A stretch of DNA of 64,000 bases, taken from contig JAAOMT010000483.1 of assembly GCA_016748015.1 (NCBI GenBank), forward strand, positions 124,001 to 188,000. Direction: 5' to 3'. Below the pieces are notes generated by a model. That model saw nothing but the letters and a program-made list of their open reading frames with translations, was not told where the DNA came from and searched no databases. Of the stretch, positions 24,920 through 37,406 are shown piece by piece. The translations under genes and the position numbers were made by a program. This stretch comes from Geosiphon pyriformis uo1. Lineage: Eukaryota; Fungi; Glomeromycota. The first letter of the stretch is position 1. The number at the start of each line of letters is the position of its first letter.

Positions 24920-25590
24920 ATGTCGCGTTTCTCGTCACTGGTGGGGAAACGCAAAAACCCATTCGCCGAATCTGGCACCACTCAACCAAGAAAGACTTTT
25001 TGTAATTCTGCAAAGGAGAACCAAATACATGGTAAACGCGAAAACATTGAATTGGGGCAAATATCTATAACTATCTTGTGTTATCTTTTAATTGTAAAAT
25101 TTCGAACGCGAACAATATTGAATTCTTATAATTAAATTATATATAGCTTATACTCGTCAATTATTACTCGCGGGTCAAAGGAAATTGAATCAACAAGCAC
25201 AACAAAAGCTCAACTGTATTTCAAATAGTGAAAGATTATTATTAGCCACTTCGTCATCTTCTGCTTACATCGTTAATAGTCAAAGGGAAATATCCAACAC
25301 GTGTTATTCTTGCGGTAAAGTAGAAGGAGACATACGTTGCGCGTTTTGTGAACGTGATCTTTGTGGCCAGTGTCAGATGCCGTGCCTTGTTTGCAGGGAG
25401 ATATTTTGTCGTACGTGCTCAATTAGCAAGTAAGTATCCTTCGTTCACATTAGTTTGAATAACGTCTTTCACGTCTGATTTTTTTATTTTTCCTTGACAT
25501 CTTCGCTTTGACCTACTGATTGCAAGTTACGATGAGAGTGATGTGAGGATTTTCTGTTTGGCGTGTAACCACTCTTTTAGGAAGTATTAA
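24920..25590 (+). CDS. Siva-like Cys-rich Zn-finger protein (3 exons: 24920-25031, 25147-25429, 25527-25590)
   Basis: Spliced product has GKRKNPF, YTRQLLLAGQR and CYSC..CAFCERDLCGQCQMPCLVCREIFCRTCS...IFCLAC, matching the Cys spacing and CERxLCGQC core of animal Siva. Confidence 0.75.
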
Positions 25591-26040
25591 CCTTCCAAAT
25601 TTAACACGAAACATTTATGTTCAAACGGGAGATCTTCTAGTTACATATTTGATGTTTAATAACAATAGAAGAGGTTGCGTCGGTTTTCCATGATGCGATA
25701 CAAGTTTTTGAGAATTCATTTTCAATTGAGAGGATAAAATTAAGCATTAAAAAACCCATTTCTAACTATTAATAACATCCATCTGTTTCATATTGTTTAA
25801 AGGCACTATTCTTGCAAATACCATTATATTTCACGACATTTGAATTAGTGCGAAAAACTTCGATTTCCAAGATACAATCATCGATATAAATACTATGGCA
25901 CCAAGACACGGAACGATTTTTGATTTGAATTACATCATACTAAAAATTAAGGGTCATATAAACTTCGTCAAATTTTAGTCGCGTTCCTAAGATCCATTTT
26001 CATTGTTCAAAATGAATGTTGAAGCGTTCATTTTCCCAAT

Positions 26041-27334
26041 TCAAGTTATTTCTTCAGCGAGTGGTGAGGTCTTTGAATCACTAGTGCTCTCTTCAATATT
26101 TAAATCATTTTCCTTTTGCCTGGTCTTCCCATTTATCCTCTCTTTAAATTTCTCCTTCAACTTCTCTCTTAAACTATATTTTAATCTCTGCTTAAGTTTA
26201 TCCAATCGAATTGTTGGGCTATCACTATCATTCCAACTTTCAAATCCAAGTTCATTGATTTTGAGACGAGGTGGCCCAACTTGCTCTATCGTGTATGACG
26301 CGCTCACCGTAGCATATAAAGCAGCCTCAAACACGTCATAATTAGTTTTCAATAACCCAGCAGCCAAGCCTCCACAAAACGAATTGCCAGAACCAGTTAC
26401 ATCAACCACATGATGATTTTTTCTATCCAACCCTGAAGGAGCCCAGTATGAAGGAAATAGTTCCTTTTTCTCTTTTGTAGCTACCAGACAACCTTTATGA
26501 GAAGCCCTTATAATAATACATCCACTTCCGTGTATTCCAATTTGGTGTGAAAGAAATTGGTCGGCCATTTTACAGAGAATTTCTTCTTTTAAAAATTTAT
26601 CCCCTATATCACCTGATGAAATTAATCCAAGGAAGGCAGCAGCTTCTTCATGATTTGGTGAAACTATATCCATCATCTTCATTGCTTCTATACATGCATT
26701 AAAATTTTCTTTGCTAGCACTGTCGGGTATTGGTTCCCATACAAACAATGGTCGTGGTAATAGCTTATCTCGCAATTGGAGAATTCCAGCAACATGTTCT
26801 TGAGCACGTATCGGCGAGCATATAAAATGAAAAACACGGGCTTTAAGATAGTTAGTTGGTAAATCGGTGGGTACAGTCCTTATTGGAGGTGTCAGATAAG
26901 TAAATAATCGATGGTCAGATGATGTGAAGGTATTGAGACCACGCATAGAAGGTAGAGTGGTGTGAAAAGTAAGTGTTAAGGAAATGTTAAGAAAAAGAAG
27001 TTTCTGGAGAATTATAGAGGGAAAATCGTAGCCAGCATGCACCAGAAATGCAATCCTCTGCGATTCCGGGGACGGAAACCATAAACGCATTCCTGAAAAA
27101 GAAAGCATGCTGAGTTTTCTTCGGCTTTCTTATTAAAATCAATAGCTATTTGTTTCTACCATATATTGCATGCGAACCTCCACCACCGAGAATGTCGCGC
27201 GCTATTGTTCCATCTTGAAAAAGAAAAGGTAGATTAGCGAACGTTTTTACAAAGTGGAGATAAAAGGACTGACCAGCAAATTTGATGTCATCGATGATCA
27301 ATTGGCTGATAGAACAAAGCTGTTGTTCAGTCAT
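26041..27334 (-). CDS. MAK32: PfkB/ribokinase-like protein, Mak32 family (2 introns)
   Basis: IIDDIKF, ILGGGGSHAIYG-MRLW, FVWEPIP, VSPNHEEA, VVDVTGSGNSFCGG, VSASYTIEQVGPP. Confidence 0.8.
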
Positions 27335-27462
27335 TTTGGGAATTTTCGTTATGCAATCTCCCAAGCAATTTAATTTATAAAATTCAATTATGGATTTTAT
27401 TGGCCAATTTATCATATGAAAAAGTCACGCTAATTATTACATAGATCAATTTTAAAGACAAG

Positions 27463-29288
27463 ATGTTCAAAAAGAACTTGTTTGCTTTTAATCGCTCGCG
27501 ATGTTTTTCTTTTCTTTTGCCGAGATGTCCTTCTGCATGCAAGCAATATATACGAACACATTGCAATACCTCTCATTGTTCTCAAAAGTTCCAAGATAAT
27601 CATCAGAAGCAAGGAAGAAAACCCCAACGTTTCAAGGGCAAGTAATTTAAAGAAACTTTCCCCAATTGTGGGATGGCAATTTCTAAGCCATTCAAATATA
27701 TACTTTGACTTAATTTCTTTCACAGAACAACTCAAGGAAAGGCTGAATGATACACATATCAAATGGTACCCTATACCGGTTGGCGTTGGAATCGCATTTA
27801 TTGTTTTCCAAACATCTTTAAGCCGCTTGAAAGAACACGACGACAATGACAGACGAGGGGAAATTAAAAGGCAACGCCCTTCAAGGGGTGAGCCTTGGCA
27901 GGTAATTTGAAATCATTCTACCAAAACGCTGCACATATATCAATAAACTATTTGTTTGAAGGTTCATATTTTCGGGGTACTACCTCTCCGTGCGTTGTCT
28001 CGTTTATGGGGGCGAATAAACAATGATTTCGCCTTGCCTACATGGTTGCGAGAACCAATTTATCGTCTTTATACCTGGGTGTTTGGTTGTAATCTGGAAG
28101 AGATCGCAATAACTGACCTAAAGAATTATCCGAATTTAGGATCTTTCTTTTACCGATCTCTTAAACCTGGTGTCAGGCCGATTGAAGATGCGAGTTTGGT
28201 AAATTGATATATTCTTTGAAATTTAATTTCGTGGATCATTTACATAATGTTGAATGATTCAAGGTATCGCCTGCGGATGGTCAAGTATTAGCTTTTGGAG
28301 TAATTCATGGAGATAAAGTCGAACAAGTGAAAGGCGTTACATATTCTCTTAGTGCACTTTTGGGGAATGAGAGATCAAATCATGGATCTATCGCAGAAGA
28401 TTACGAGGCAATCCCAAATTCTGAAATTAGCTTGGTCGACGAAAAAGAATTTGCAAATGTAAACGGTATAATTTATACCTTGGATTCACTATTGGGAGAG
28501 GATCCTATGGAAGCGACCCAGCATAGAAGTGAAATAGGGGACGATGCGACTGTTCCTGAAGAGAATAAAGATAAGAAAAAAGAGGCCATTGTTGCCAAAA
28601 ATGTCCCTGAGACAACGCTCTACACACGAGGAAAGCCACATCAGATTAATCGTGGGAACGCTTTGTTTTTCTGTGTTGTTTATTTGGCTCCTGGGGACTA
28701 TCATCGATTTCATTCACCAACTAATTGGGTTGTGGAATATCGACGACATTTTGCTGGTAAAAATCTTAAACTGAATATCCGGTCGCGCCACTGTATAAAT
28801 CAAATTAATTAATTTTGCCATATTTTAGGTGAACTTTTTTCCGTTTCTCCCTACATGTTTAAATTATTACCGGAACTTTTTGTGTTAAATGAACGTGTCG
28901 TACTACTTGGAAGATGGAGATATGGTTTCTTTTCCATGGTTCCGGTTGGCGCGACAAATGTAGGCTCGATCAAAATCAATTTTGATCAGGTAAGTGTGAC
29001 CAAATTTTAGTTTGAACACCTATAGTCACTAAATTTCATTTATTCATTTAGGTTTTGCGCACAAACCGGAAGGAAGACTTAGTTGTTGGAAGCTATACAG
29101 AAGTGTCCTATAAAAAAGCTAGTAAACTGTTGGGGGGTCAACCCTTAAGAGTTGGGGATGAAATGGGTGGGTTTGCACTAGGTTCGACCGTTGTGTTAAT
29201 ATTTGAGGCACCAGCACAATTTAAATTTGTGGTCACCCATGGTCAAAAGATGAAATACGGACAGGCTTTGGGAAACGTCTCCTCATAA
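27463..29288 (+). CDS. PSD1: Mitochondrial phosphatidylserine decarboxylase proenzyme
   Basis: Arg/Ser/Phe-rich presequence, [58 protein letters not shown], and self-cleavage motif [16 protein letters not shown]. Confidence 0.96.
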
Positions 29289-29414
29289 TAATTTATAAAT
29301 ATTAAAAATAGTCAAAAACAATCGAAGTGACTCAACAATAAAATAAAGCAAAAAGTAAAATTCTAATATTCTGCTCTTATTGCTTAAAATTTTGCTTCAA
29401 CTTTTAAGGCCGTA

Positions 29415-31092
29415 TTAAAATACAGTTCCATCAGACTTGATAGAAATTGGAGGCCCTTTAGTTTTAGGCCTGAGCTTTTCAGCAATTTCTCTCCCCGCCT
29501 TTGTGCAATAAGAATTTAATTTTCTGTGTATACGTGTTGGAACAATAAATCAAAAACCAAGTTCATTAACATACTTTCCAAGTACCAGCTTCCAAGATCT
29601 GTGTCAGCACGAGACTCTGATCTAGGGAATCCTTAATTTTATTGGTGACAACATCCAACAAAATTACTGTTAAAGCTCTCCATTCAATAATCACAGGGTC
29701 ATCAACCTCAAAAACTGGAACAGCCTCGTTTTTTAGATTATCTCCTTTAAAATTAGCAAGTCCCCGCTCACGGGACACTGGCTTAAGAGTCAATAATCCG
29801 GTATCAACAAACAGGCCTCCTATATATAATAAATTGTAAGACCGAAACCATTACAATCTAAATTGGTATTTGTAAGTATTAAATAGGAACAAACCATTTC
29901 GATACTCGGGTAGCCCAGTCAAATTTTCTACGCCCTCAAATTTTATTCCCATGATTTTGTTCATTGGTTCCATAAGAGAATATGTGAGCCATTGTGAGAG
30001 CTTATGGAATGGTACAAGATGTTCAGTAGAGTCAAGCGCTGCGTCTGGCTCCCGAAGAACCTCACAAGCCCAAACATCCCCAAGAGATACTCCACCTAGG
30101 GAAGTTCGAGTTGGTGGCCATACATCCGAAAGCCCATCAATTATAACAGACCATAAAGTGTCTAGTTTTACAACCAATTCAGGTTTTTGGGTGGTCGGGT
30201 GCTCAAGGAGATAGTCTATAATATTACCAGGCCTTGCTGGCTGAGAAGATCCTTACCAATTTATCATTTTGGACTTATGAGTAACAAGTTACCCAATTTT
30301 ATTAGCTTAAAATAGCACGATTGATATAAAACCCACCAATTTAGCCGCACCCCCAAAGAATTCCTGGTGATACTTTAAAGATTCACCCAATCGACATATA
30401 AGATTAGCACGTCCTTCGAGACCATCCAAAGGATTGTGGATATTATCCACTTGAAAAGCCTTTGCCATATCATCAACACTGATATTCACCAGTTTGTCAG
30501 CTGGAGAATGGCTGAGCTATTAATATAATCCACCTTCTAGAACTCCCACCATTAAGACTAAAATACAAAAGGTTAATATAAGATAAATAATGCTCTTACC
30601 ATCTACCCGATGCGGTTGATCTTCTTGACTTGAAAAAAAACCAGTATTGAACATATCCAATGAAGCAATTGCGAGGCCCTCAGATCTTTTAAATGTTTGA
30701 CCTGTCTCGGATTCTTTATAAGACCAAGTAGCTCCTGCTCCTGCGTCTAATAAAACGGAAACAACGAACAAGTCCAAGACTCGCCTAGTCATTTCTACAG
30801 GTTCACACTGGCCTTCCCAACTTTCAATCAGACTTTGAACACGAGGCTTTCCACCGACGTCAAAGTGACGCCAACGGCTATGAGGTGGGATAGAACTCGC
30901 GTCTTCATAGTCGCGTTTAATCAAAGAAATAACTAAATCAATGACATTGTCGAGTTTGGTAAAGTCTACCTCGAAGTGATTAAGTTGGTTTGTTTTAGAT
31001 TTTTCATAAACCTTGAGCGAGCGTGCACGAATTGCACGAAGGCTTTTGAGATATTTTATTTGTAATTTTAAAAACTCTTCAGTTGAAGCCAT
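29415..31092 (-). CDS. URC4: DUF1688 / uracil catabolism protein 4
   Basis: IPPHSRWRHF, SVLLDAGAG, RSEGLAIASLDMF, GLEGRA, FHKLSQWLTYSL, LTGLPEYRNG, IEWRALTV, ILEAGTWK, C-terminus PPISIKSDGTVF*. Confidence 0.9.
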
Positions 31093-31233
31093 TAATAATT
31101 TCAGTTGACCAACTGCCTGCTTTTAATCTACAGTCGTATTTTTCCTATCATATACATGCGGAATGTTGATCACAAGAAATCTGCCATCACATTTCAACCA
31201 AAATTATATTTTTGAATCAAAAACCTGCGAACT

Positions 31234-32129
31234 ATGAACTTTCTTGCAAGGACCGGGCGTACCATTTCCTTTCTCAGGCCAGCTTTTGGTATGAACCAGT
31301 TTTACCTTGGATGGTTATTTAAAGACCTCAAAGTTCATAAATCAAGAATGCTCAACTTCGTTTCTTTGAGCTTTTTCCAGCACGTTCTTATGCGGACGAG
31401 GCCACAGGTAGCTCAGCTAGCATATTACGCTTGAGCTTCACCCTTCCTCACCAGGTTAGAAACACCCTTTAATTTTAATTTCTCCAATTTACTTGCCCCT
31501 TTGTGTTTATAGACACATAAACTTCCACCCAAGAGTGCGTAAAACTGTCATCCGATCTTGGAAGCTCTTGGCTAGACTTTTTTAATGACTTTTGTTCTTT
31601 ATAGACAATATATCGGAGCTTTGAGGTTCAACAGGTGAATCTCGGTTCTACAGCCGGTGATATGGGTATTCTGGCTAACCATATTCCTTCCATTGAACAA
31701 TTGAAACCGGGTGTTATTGAAATAGTTGAGAATCCGAACTCGACGAAAAAGTTTTTCGGTAAGTAAGAAATTCTATTTAGCAACTCTTTCCTTTTTGTAA
31801 AATCAAATTTTCTCAATCTGTGGAGCCCAGTGAGTGGTGGATTTGCCATTATGAATCCGAATTCAACACTTGATATAAATGCCATAGAGGCTTGCTCATT
31901 GGATGATTTTTCTTTGGAGGTAAAATTTCTCAGTCTCGATTGCGCTCAAGTATTTTGAATCATGAACCAAAATTTGAAATCTGATATTTAACAGACCATC
32001 AAAACAAATCTTGCCGAAGCCCAACGTATTGCCAATGCTAGTGGCCCTGAAGCAGAAAAAGCTGCTGCCAGCATTGAAGTTGAGATATATGAAACACTTC
32101 AAAATGCATTAACCGGCAAATCTTTATAA
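31234..32129 (+). CDS. ATP16: Mitochondrial F1 ATP synthase delta subunit (5 exons)
   Basis: Presequence, then ARSYADEA...LRLSFTLPHQ / QVNLGSTAGDMGILANHIPSIEQLKPGVIEI / VSGGFAIMNPNSTLDINAIEA / NLAEAQ...IEVEIYETLQNAL. Confidence 0.95.
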
Positions 32130-32999
32130 TATTAATCTCAAATTATTCAACCCCCGCAATTTCTTTCGAGAAGATCTTGTAACCGCTTTTCATTGTTTGG
32201 AAGAAAGTCAGGAATAATCAATTTTGTTGACTTAAGGTTTCTTAAAAGTGGATTAATTGAAACTTGCAATACTTAACCTTTTGAAATCATTATTAGGAAG
32301 TTCTCAATATAGAAGTAAACCAATATACTTTCAAAATACCATTTCGATTTCATTTAAATTAAGATAATACTAAATTCAATGTTTCAATACACAGAAATGC
32401 CATTGGCCATATAACTATATCTGGTTTTCAAATCGAAAGTTATTTTACTTGAGCATGATAATTTAATCACGTGATATTGCTCCCACTGATTATTTTGCAC
32501 TGATACCGAATTTTAGATAAAGCGCTATATTTAATTTGCCAGTAAGTTTTTTTCCTCCAGGTATGTCTGGAGATAGCTAGCGTCGGAAAACAAAATACGC
32601 GAGTATTTTGAACGCAAATCTGGGGAATGGACATTTTGGACTTTCTAGATGAATGCCCGTATAGAATAATTTGACATCAAAATAGATTGTTATACCAAAT
32701 CCTTCGAAATTATTACTGACAGTAAGCAAGGCAACAGGCAAAAAAGAGCAAATCTGCCACTTAATAGATATAAAGTAGGAAAATAATGGCATAATGAGAA
32801 TTTTTCAGTTCTTTGTCATTCAAGATTTTTTGTCCAGTTACAAAACTAGTGTTGAGACACGATTTTTTGTTGACTCAGCACTGGTTTCATTGAAACACAG
32901 ATGAATTTTTCAGTTATTTAGCGTTCATGGTTTTTTGCTGATTTAATGGAATGAAAAATTGGATATATGTTAATTAAGAAATATTTCTAATTTTTTGAA

Positions 33000-35640
33000 C
33001 CTTTTTTTTAAGAATTCTTGATTTAATTGACAATTGGTTAAAAGTTGGAATATAATATATAACAAATGGCAAATTTTTAATTTAATATTTACAATTTAAC
33101 ATTTTTTGAAAATAGAATTAAGATTATTAAACATAAATTTTTAATTGCTGAATTTTCAAGTGTTTTTTAGCCAAAAATTATAAAGATTAATAGAATTAAT
33201 TATTTTGTATTTTAATATTTTAAAACAATAAGTTTTATAAAAAAAAGTTCAAAAAAGCATTGTTAAAAAATTAAGTAGTTAAATTACTATTATATTAAAT
33301 TACCAAAAAAACCACATTTGTAAATAAAAAATATTGCAGATAATTTTAAGATAAAAAACCTAATATGTTTTTTTTTTATGTATTTAACAAGTATGGCCCA
33401 ATTATTATTTAGAAATTAAAAACAAACTAAATGTCTCAAAGCTAAATACAGTTCACATACTTTTTATATATAACCAGCTATTCAAATCAATTCAGACTAT
33501 ACTATATTAATATCTTAGAAAAAAACTTATTTAAAAAAAACATTTTTTGAACAATCTTAAACAACATAATACTATTATTAACTAATTTAACCAACCACTT
33601 GGCCATTTTTAAAACATCAGTTTTAATACTAATAGGTTTATGTTTTTATAGTAATATTAAGTTAAAAAACATGTTATTATTAACTGCAAACAAACTTACA
33701 TAAAGACCAAACACATTAATATTCTTAAAACTATCTTAGTTTTTAAAACAATTGTTTTTTACTTTAATTTACCAATTGCTTTGCTAAAAATACCTATATA
33801 TATCAAAATTTTATTAATTCTAAAATCAAGTATACTACTTGAAACCAAATTATTATTAATAAATTGTTTAAACATGGTAACCAAAGATCCAATTGGCTTA
33901 ACAATAGATTTGACCAAAGTAAAAAACTTGGCCAAATTAAATTCCAAAGAGACCAACAAAAAAAAAACTACAAAAATATTAATCATTATATTAGCAAAAA
34001 AAGCAGAACCAATCAGAAACTAGAAACTAAAGAAAACACAAAAACAACAATCTTGACATAAAATTTAACACTAATAAAACAAAACATAAAAGCTTTAAGA
34101 GTTTTAAAAAAAAAAAGTAAAAACATCTTATAATTAACAATTAAATAATTTAAGCATTAGTACTTAAAACAGCATTGGCATTTATGAGTTTTCTATTAAA
34201 TACAATATTTCTTTAAAGTATCAATTTTAATAATAATTATATTTAAATTATTTTGTGAGCCAAATATAATTAGAACAAACTAAAAATAATAACCAAAATT
34301 AGATAAATAAAAAATAAAACAAGTTTAATTACTAACTTAAGAAATTATATTACTGATTTTATAAACAGTATAGTCAGAAAAAAAGTTGACCAACTTGGTT
34401 TTAAACTTATTACAAAACAAAATAATCTTATTGTAATTTATAAGAGAAAAAATCTTAATACTATTTTTGCTTAACAAAACTAACTAATAATTCAAAACAG
34501 ATATAACAACATTTAAAGTTTTAAAATAAACAATCATATATTATTAAACACCAGTTGGCTTTAATACAATACAAAAAACTTTACCAAATACACCAAGAAT
34601 TATCTTAATATTGACAATAAATACACTTAAAAATATTATTATACAATACAATAGTAACAAAAAAGAAATCAGATTCAAAAACCACTAAAGATTTGGTAAT
34701 TTTAAAAGTAATTAAACAAACAAAACTTATAAACTCAATCAGAAAAGCAGTTTTTAAAAACTTTTAAGAAGCAAACTCCATACAAAAAAGCTTTATATTG
34801 TTTTTTAATACTGACTTTACATCTAAGAAACCATATATAGACTAAAAAATAGTCTTAATATAAGTTAATTTGATTTTAAAAGTTGCACTAAACACTAAAA
34901 TAAAGACTATTTACTCAGTAAATTTTTGATAACTAGTAATAGTTTTCCAAATATTATTAGTAATAGCACCAAAAACCAATAAAAAAATTGATTTAATTTC
35001 TATTTAATTAACCCAGTTTTTAAGAACAAATAAACCAATAGAAAAAATTTGCTTTGTTTCTATAATTAGTAATAATTTGTTAAAAAACACTATATTAAAC
35101 AATATAGTCAGTAGTTAATTCTGATTTATCTTAAAAAACAAATTAAATAATATAACAGAAATTTTTTCTAAAATCTTATTAAGAATCACAAATAAGTTTG
35201 GTATAATAATAATAAGAGCAAACAACTATTGCTGTTTTTTTAAACTTATGGTTTTTTTGACTATCTTAAAAAAAAAATATTAAAAGCACCAAATGTAATA
35301 AAAAGAGTAAAAAAACTAACTTAATAACTGGCCTATTATTAAATACTTTTGGGCTTTTAGAAAAGATAGTGACAATACTGGAATTAATCCAAATATGTTT
35401 CTTTAAAAAAACTTTGACTAAAAAAAAGCTAGTTAAAAATAAAAAAAATGTTTTAGTAATCACTAAAGCAGTTTTTTATTACTATTATTTAAAAAAAAAG
35501 CTTTTAAGATATTCTGTTTAACTATTTTTACAATAGAAAAAACTTTTCTGGTTCAAACTTTATTAGATATCTTAAAAAATATTAAGTACAGCTTTTTTAC
35601 TCTTTGCTCTGATTAATAATTATAAAATTAAAGAAACAAA
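33000..35640 (-). mobile_element. AT-rich, heavily mutated relic, probably an old LINE
   Basis: A/C-rich + strand like the other minus-strand LINEs. KVFLKKHIWINSSIV (35266-35463) resembles LINE D ORF1 KVPLDKIWIDPKII. Confidence 0.4.
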
Positions 35641-36432
35641 AAGTTTTTTTTTTATTTTATTTTATTACGTTTAATGAGTGAAATCCAAATGCAACTTAGT
35701 ACTATACATCATATAAATAATCTAAACTAGGTGTGAATCATGTACTTTCTACACATGACTAGTCACTCAGGCCAATCAGAACAACATTAAACATTTATAT
35801 AAACAGAGACCATGTCACTAATACCTGAAAAAAACAGACAAGATCTGTAGAACCCAAAACTAACACCATGTACTTCAGCAATACTCAACAATCTAATAAT
35901 GCCAGATGAAAGTACCAAAGAAAGACTGGAGATTGAGGCAGAAATAGAGCCATCATGTGAGATTAGCCCCTTTTTTTCCATAAAAACCTGGTGTTTGGTA
36001 CGAACCAGCCAAATATCCTCTCAGAAAGCAATACACAAATCATGTACAAAGTTTGCAATATTCAAACTCACAGTCTTGAAATCCCTGAAAATGGAAACAA
36101 ATTTGTCAAACCAACTACTAAAAACAAAGCCCTTACACAGAGCAATACAAACAGCTGCATTGGAAGCACAAATAATCAGCAACTGTGAAACACACAAGGA
36201 CAAACAAAACAACTCAGAACATATCTCCCAAGTAGAAACATGGGTGTTCATCAACCAAGCCCAACCATCAGCATCAAATGGGCAAGAAAAAACATGATAC
36301 AAGATTTTAACATCTCCACAGAACAAACACAACACACTAGGATAACACTTATTATAAAAACGCTTATACATAGCAACTGGAAGCTGAAAATATAAAGTCT
36401 TCATAAAATAAAAACAAAGGTCTGCAGTCCGC

Positions 36433-37406
36433 TGTTACCAGTAGAATTTTAGCTATTAATTAGCACGAAATTACCCTTATAATTCCTATAATTAATTAGT
36501 ATATTAATATCATTTCAAATTATTATTTATTATTTAATCAATTATTACATATTACGATTCAATTAAAATAATCTAATTAGTATAACAGAAAGTAGGATGA
36601 TCAAATTACACAATACTCTGAACTTTGTAACATTCTAAAATTCGCCGAAATTTACAGAAATTTGCCAAAATTATGAATAGTTCACCCAAATTAATTAATA
36701 GTTCAGCGAAATAACTTGTAGTTCATCAAAATGTATCTTTAATTCACTGAAATTTGAGCAAAGAGAAAAAGTGCAAGTTCATAGACTAGTACTACAACAA
36801 GTTGTATAAAAGAAAAGCTTTTTTCTTCAGGAAAATGTATCTTACTTTAGATTTATCACTTAGAATTATTTCTATACACACAAAAAGAAATAAATATCAA
36901 ATAATTTGAAAAACCAAATTCTTTAATTATTGCACTTGGAAAATTCCTAAAACCCAATTAACATTTCGAAATTGATTAGCTACCAATTTTAATAAACTGT
37001 TAGTGACTTCAGGCCTGGATAGTAAACGTTTTCCTTGACAGAATTCTATTTCTTTTACATTTTTTTTATTTTTTTTATTTTTTTTCTTATTATAATCATT
37101 AGGGTAGCCTACAGATGAGATTTCTGTAGAAGAGTTGACTTTCACAGCAAAGTAACTACACATTTTTAGTGAGCTTCCAAACAAGCAATTCCTGGGAAAG
37201 AGTTGACGTTTATTACAATGTAACTACACAAAGCAACTGGCACGGAATTGACCATTCCACTTATAAGCCCAGCAGTTCAAATTATAGGAGATAATTTGAA
37301 GATAAATTCAGTTATTGGAGGTTCAACTACTTCTAGAAAATGTGAATTTGCAATCCAACAAACAGTTATAACATTCAAGAAAAGAGACCAAAAACCTCTG
37401 GTAACA
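36433..37406 (+). repeat. 5' LTR of copy 2 (974 bp)
   Basis: Direct repeat of 45347-46319; TATAAAAG near 36806. Confidence 0.97.

Noticed and set aside
32577-32792. Small ORF downstream of ATP16
   Set aside because: No motif, splice or homology support.
36927-37184. Antisense ORF in the LTR (also 45841-46077)
   Set aside because: It recurs only because the LTRs are duplicates. It is not reported as an ORF in the LTRs of copies 1 and 3 and is low-complexity (KKNKKNKK).
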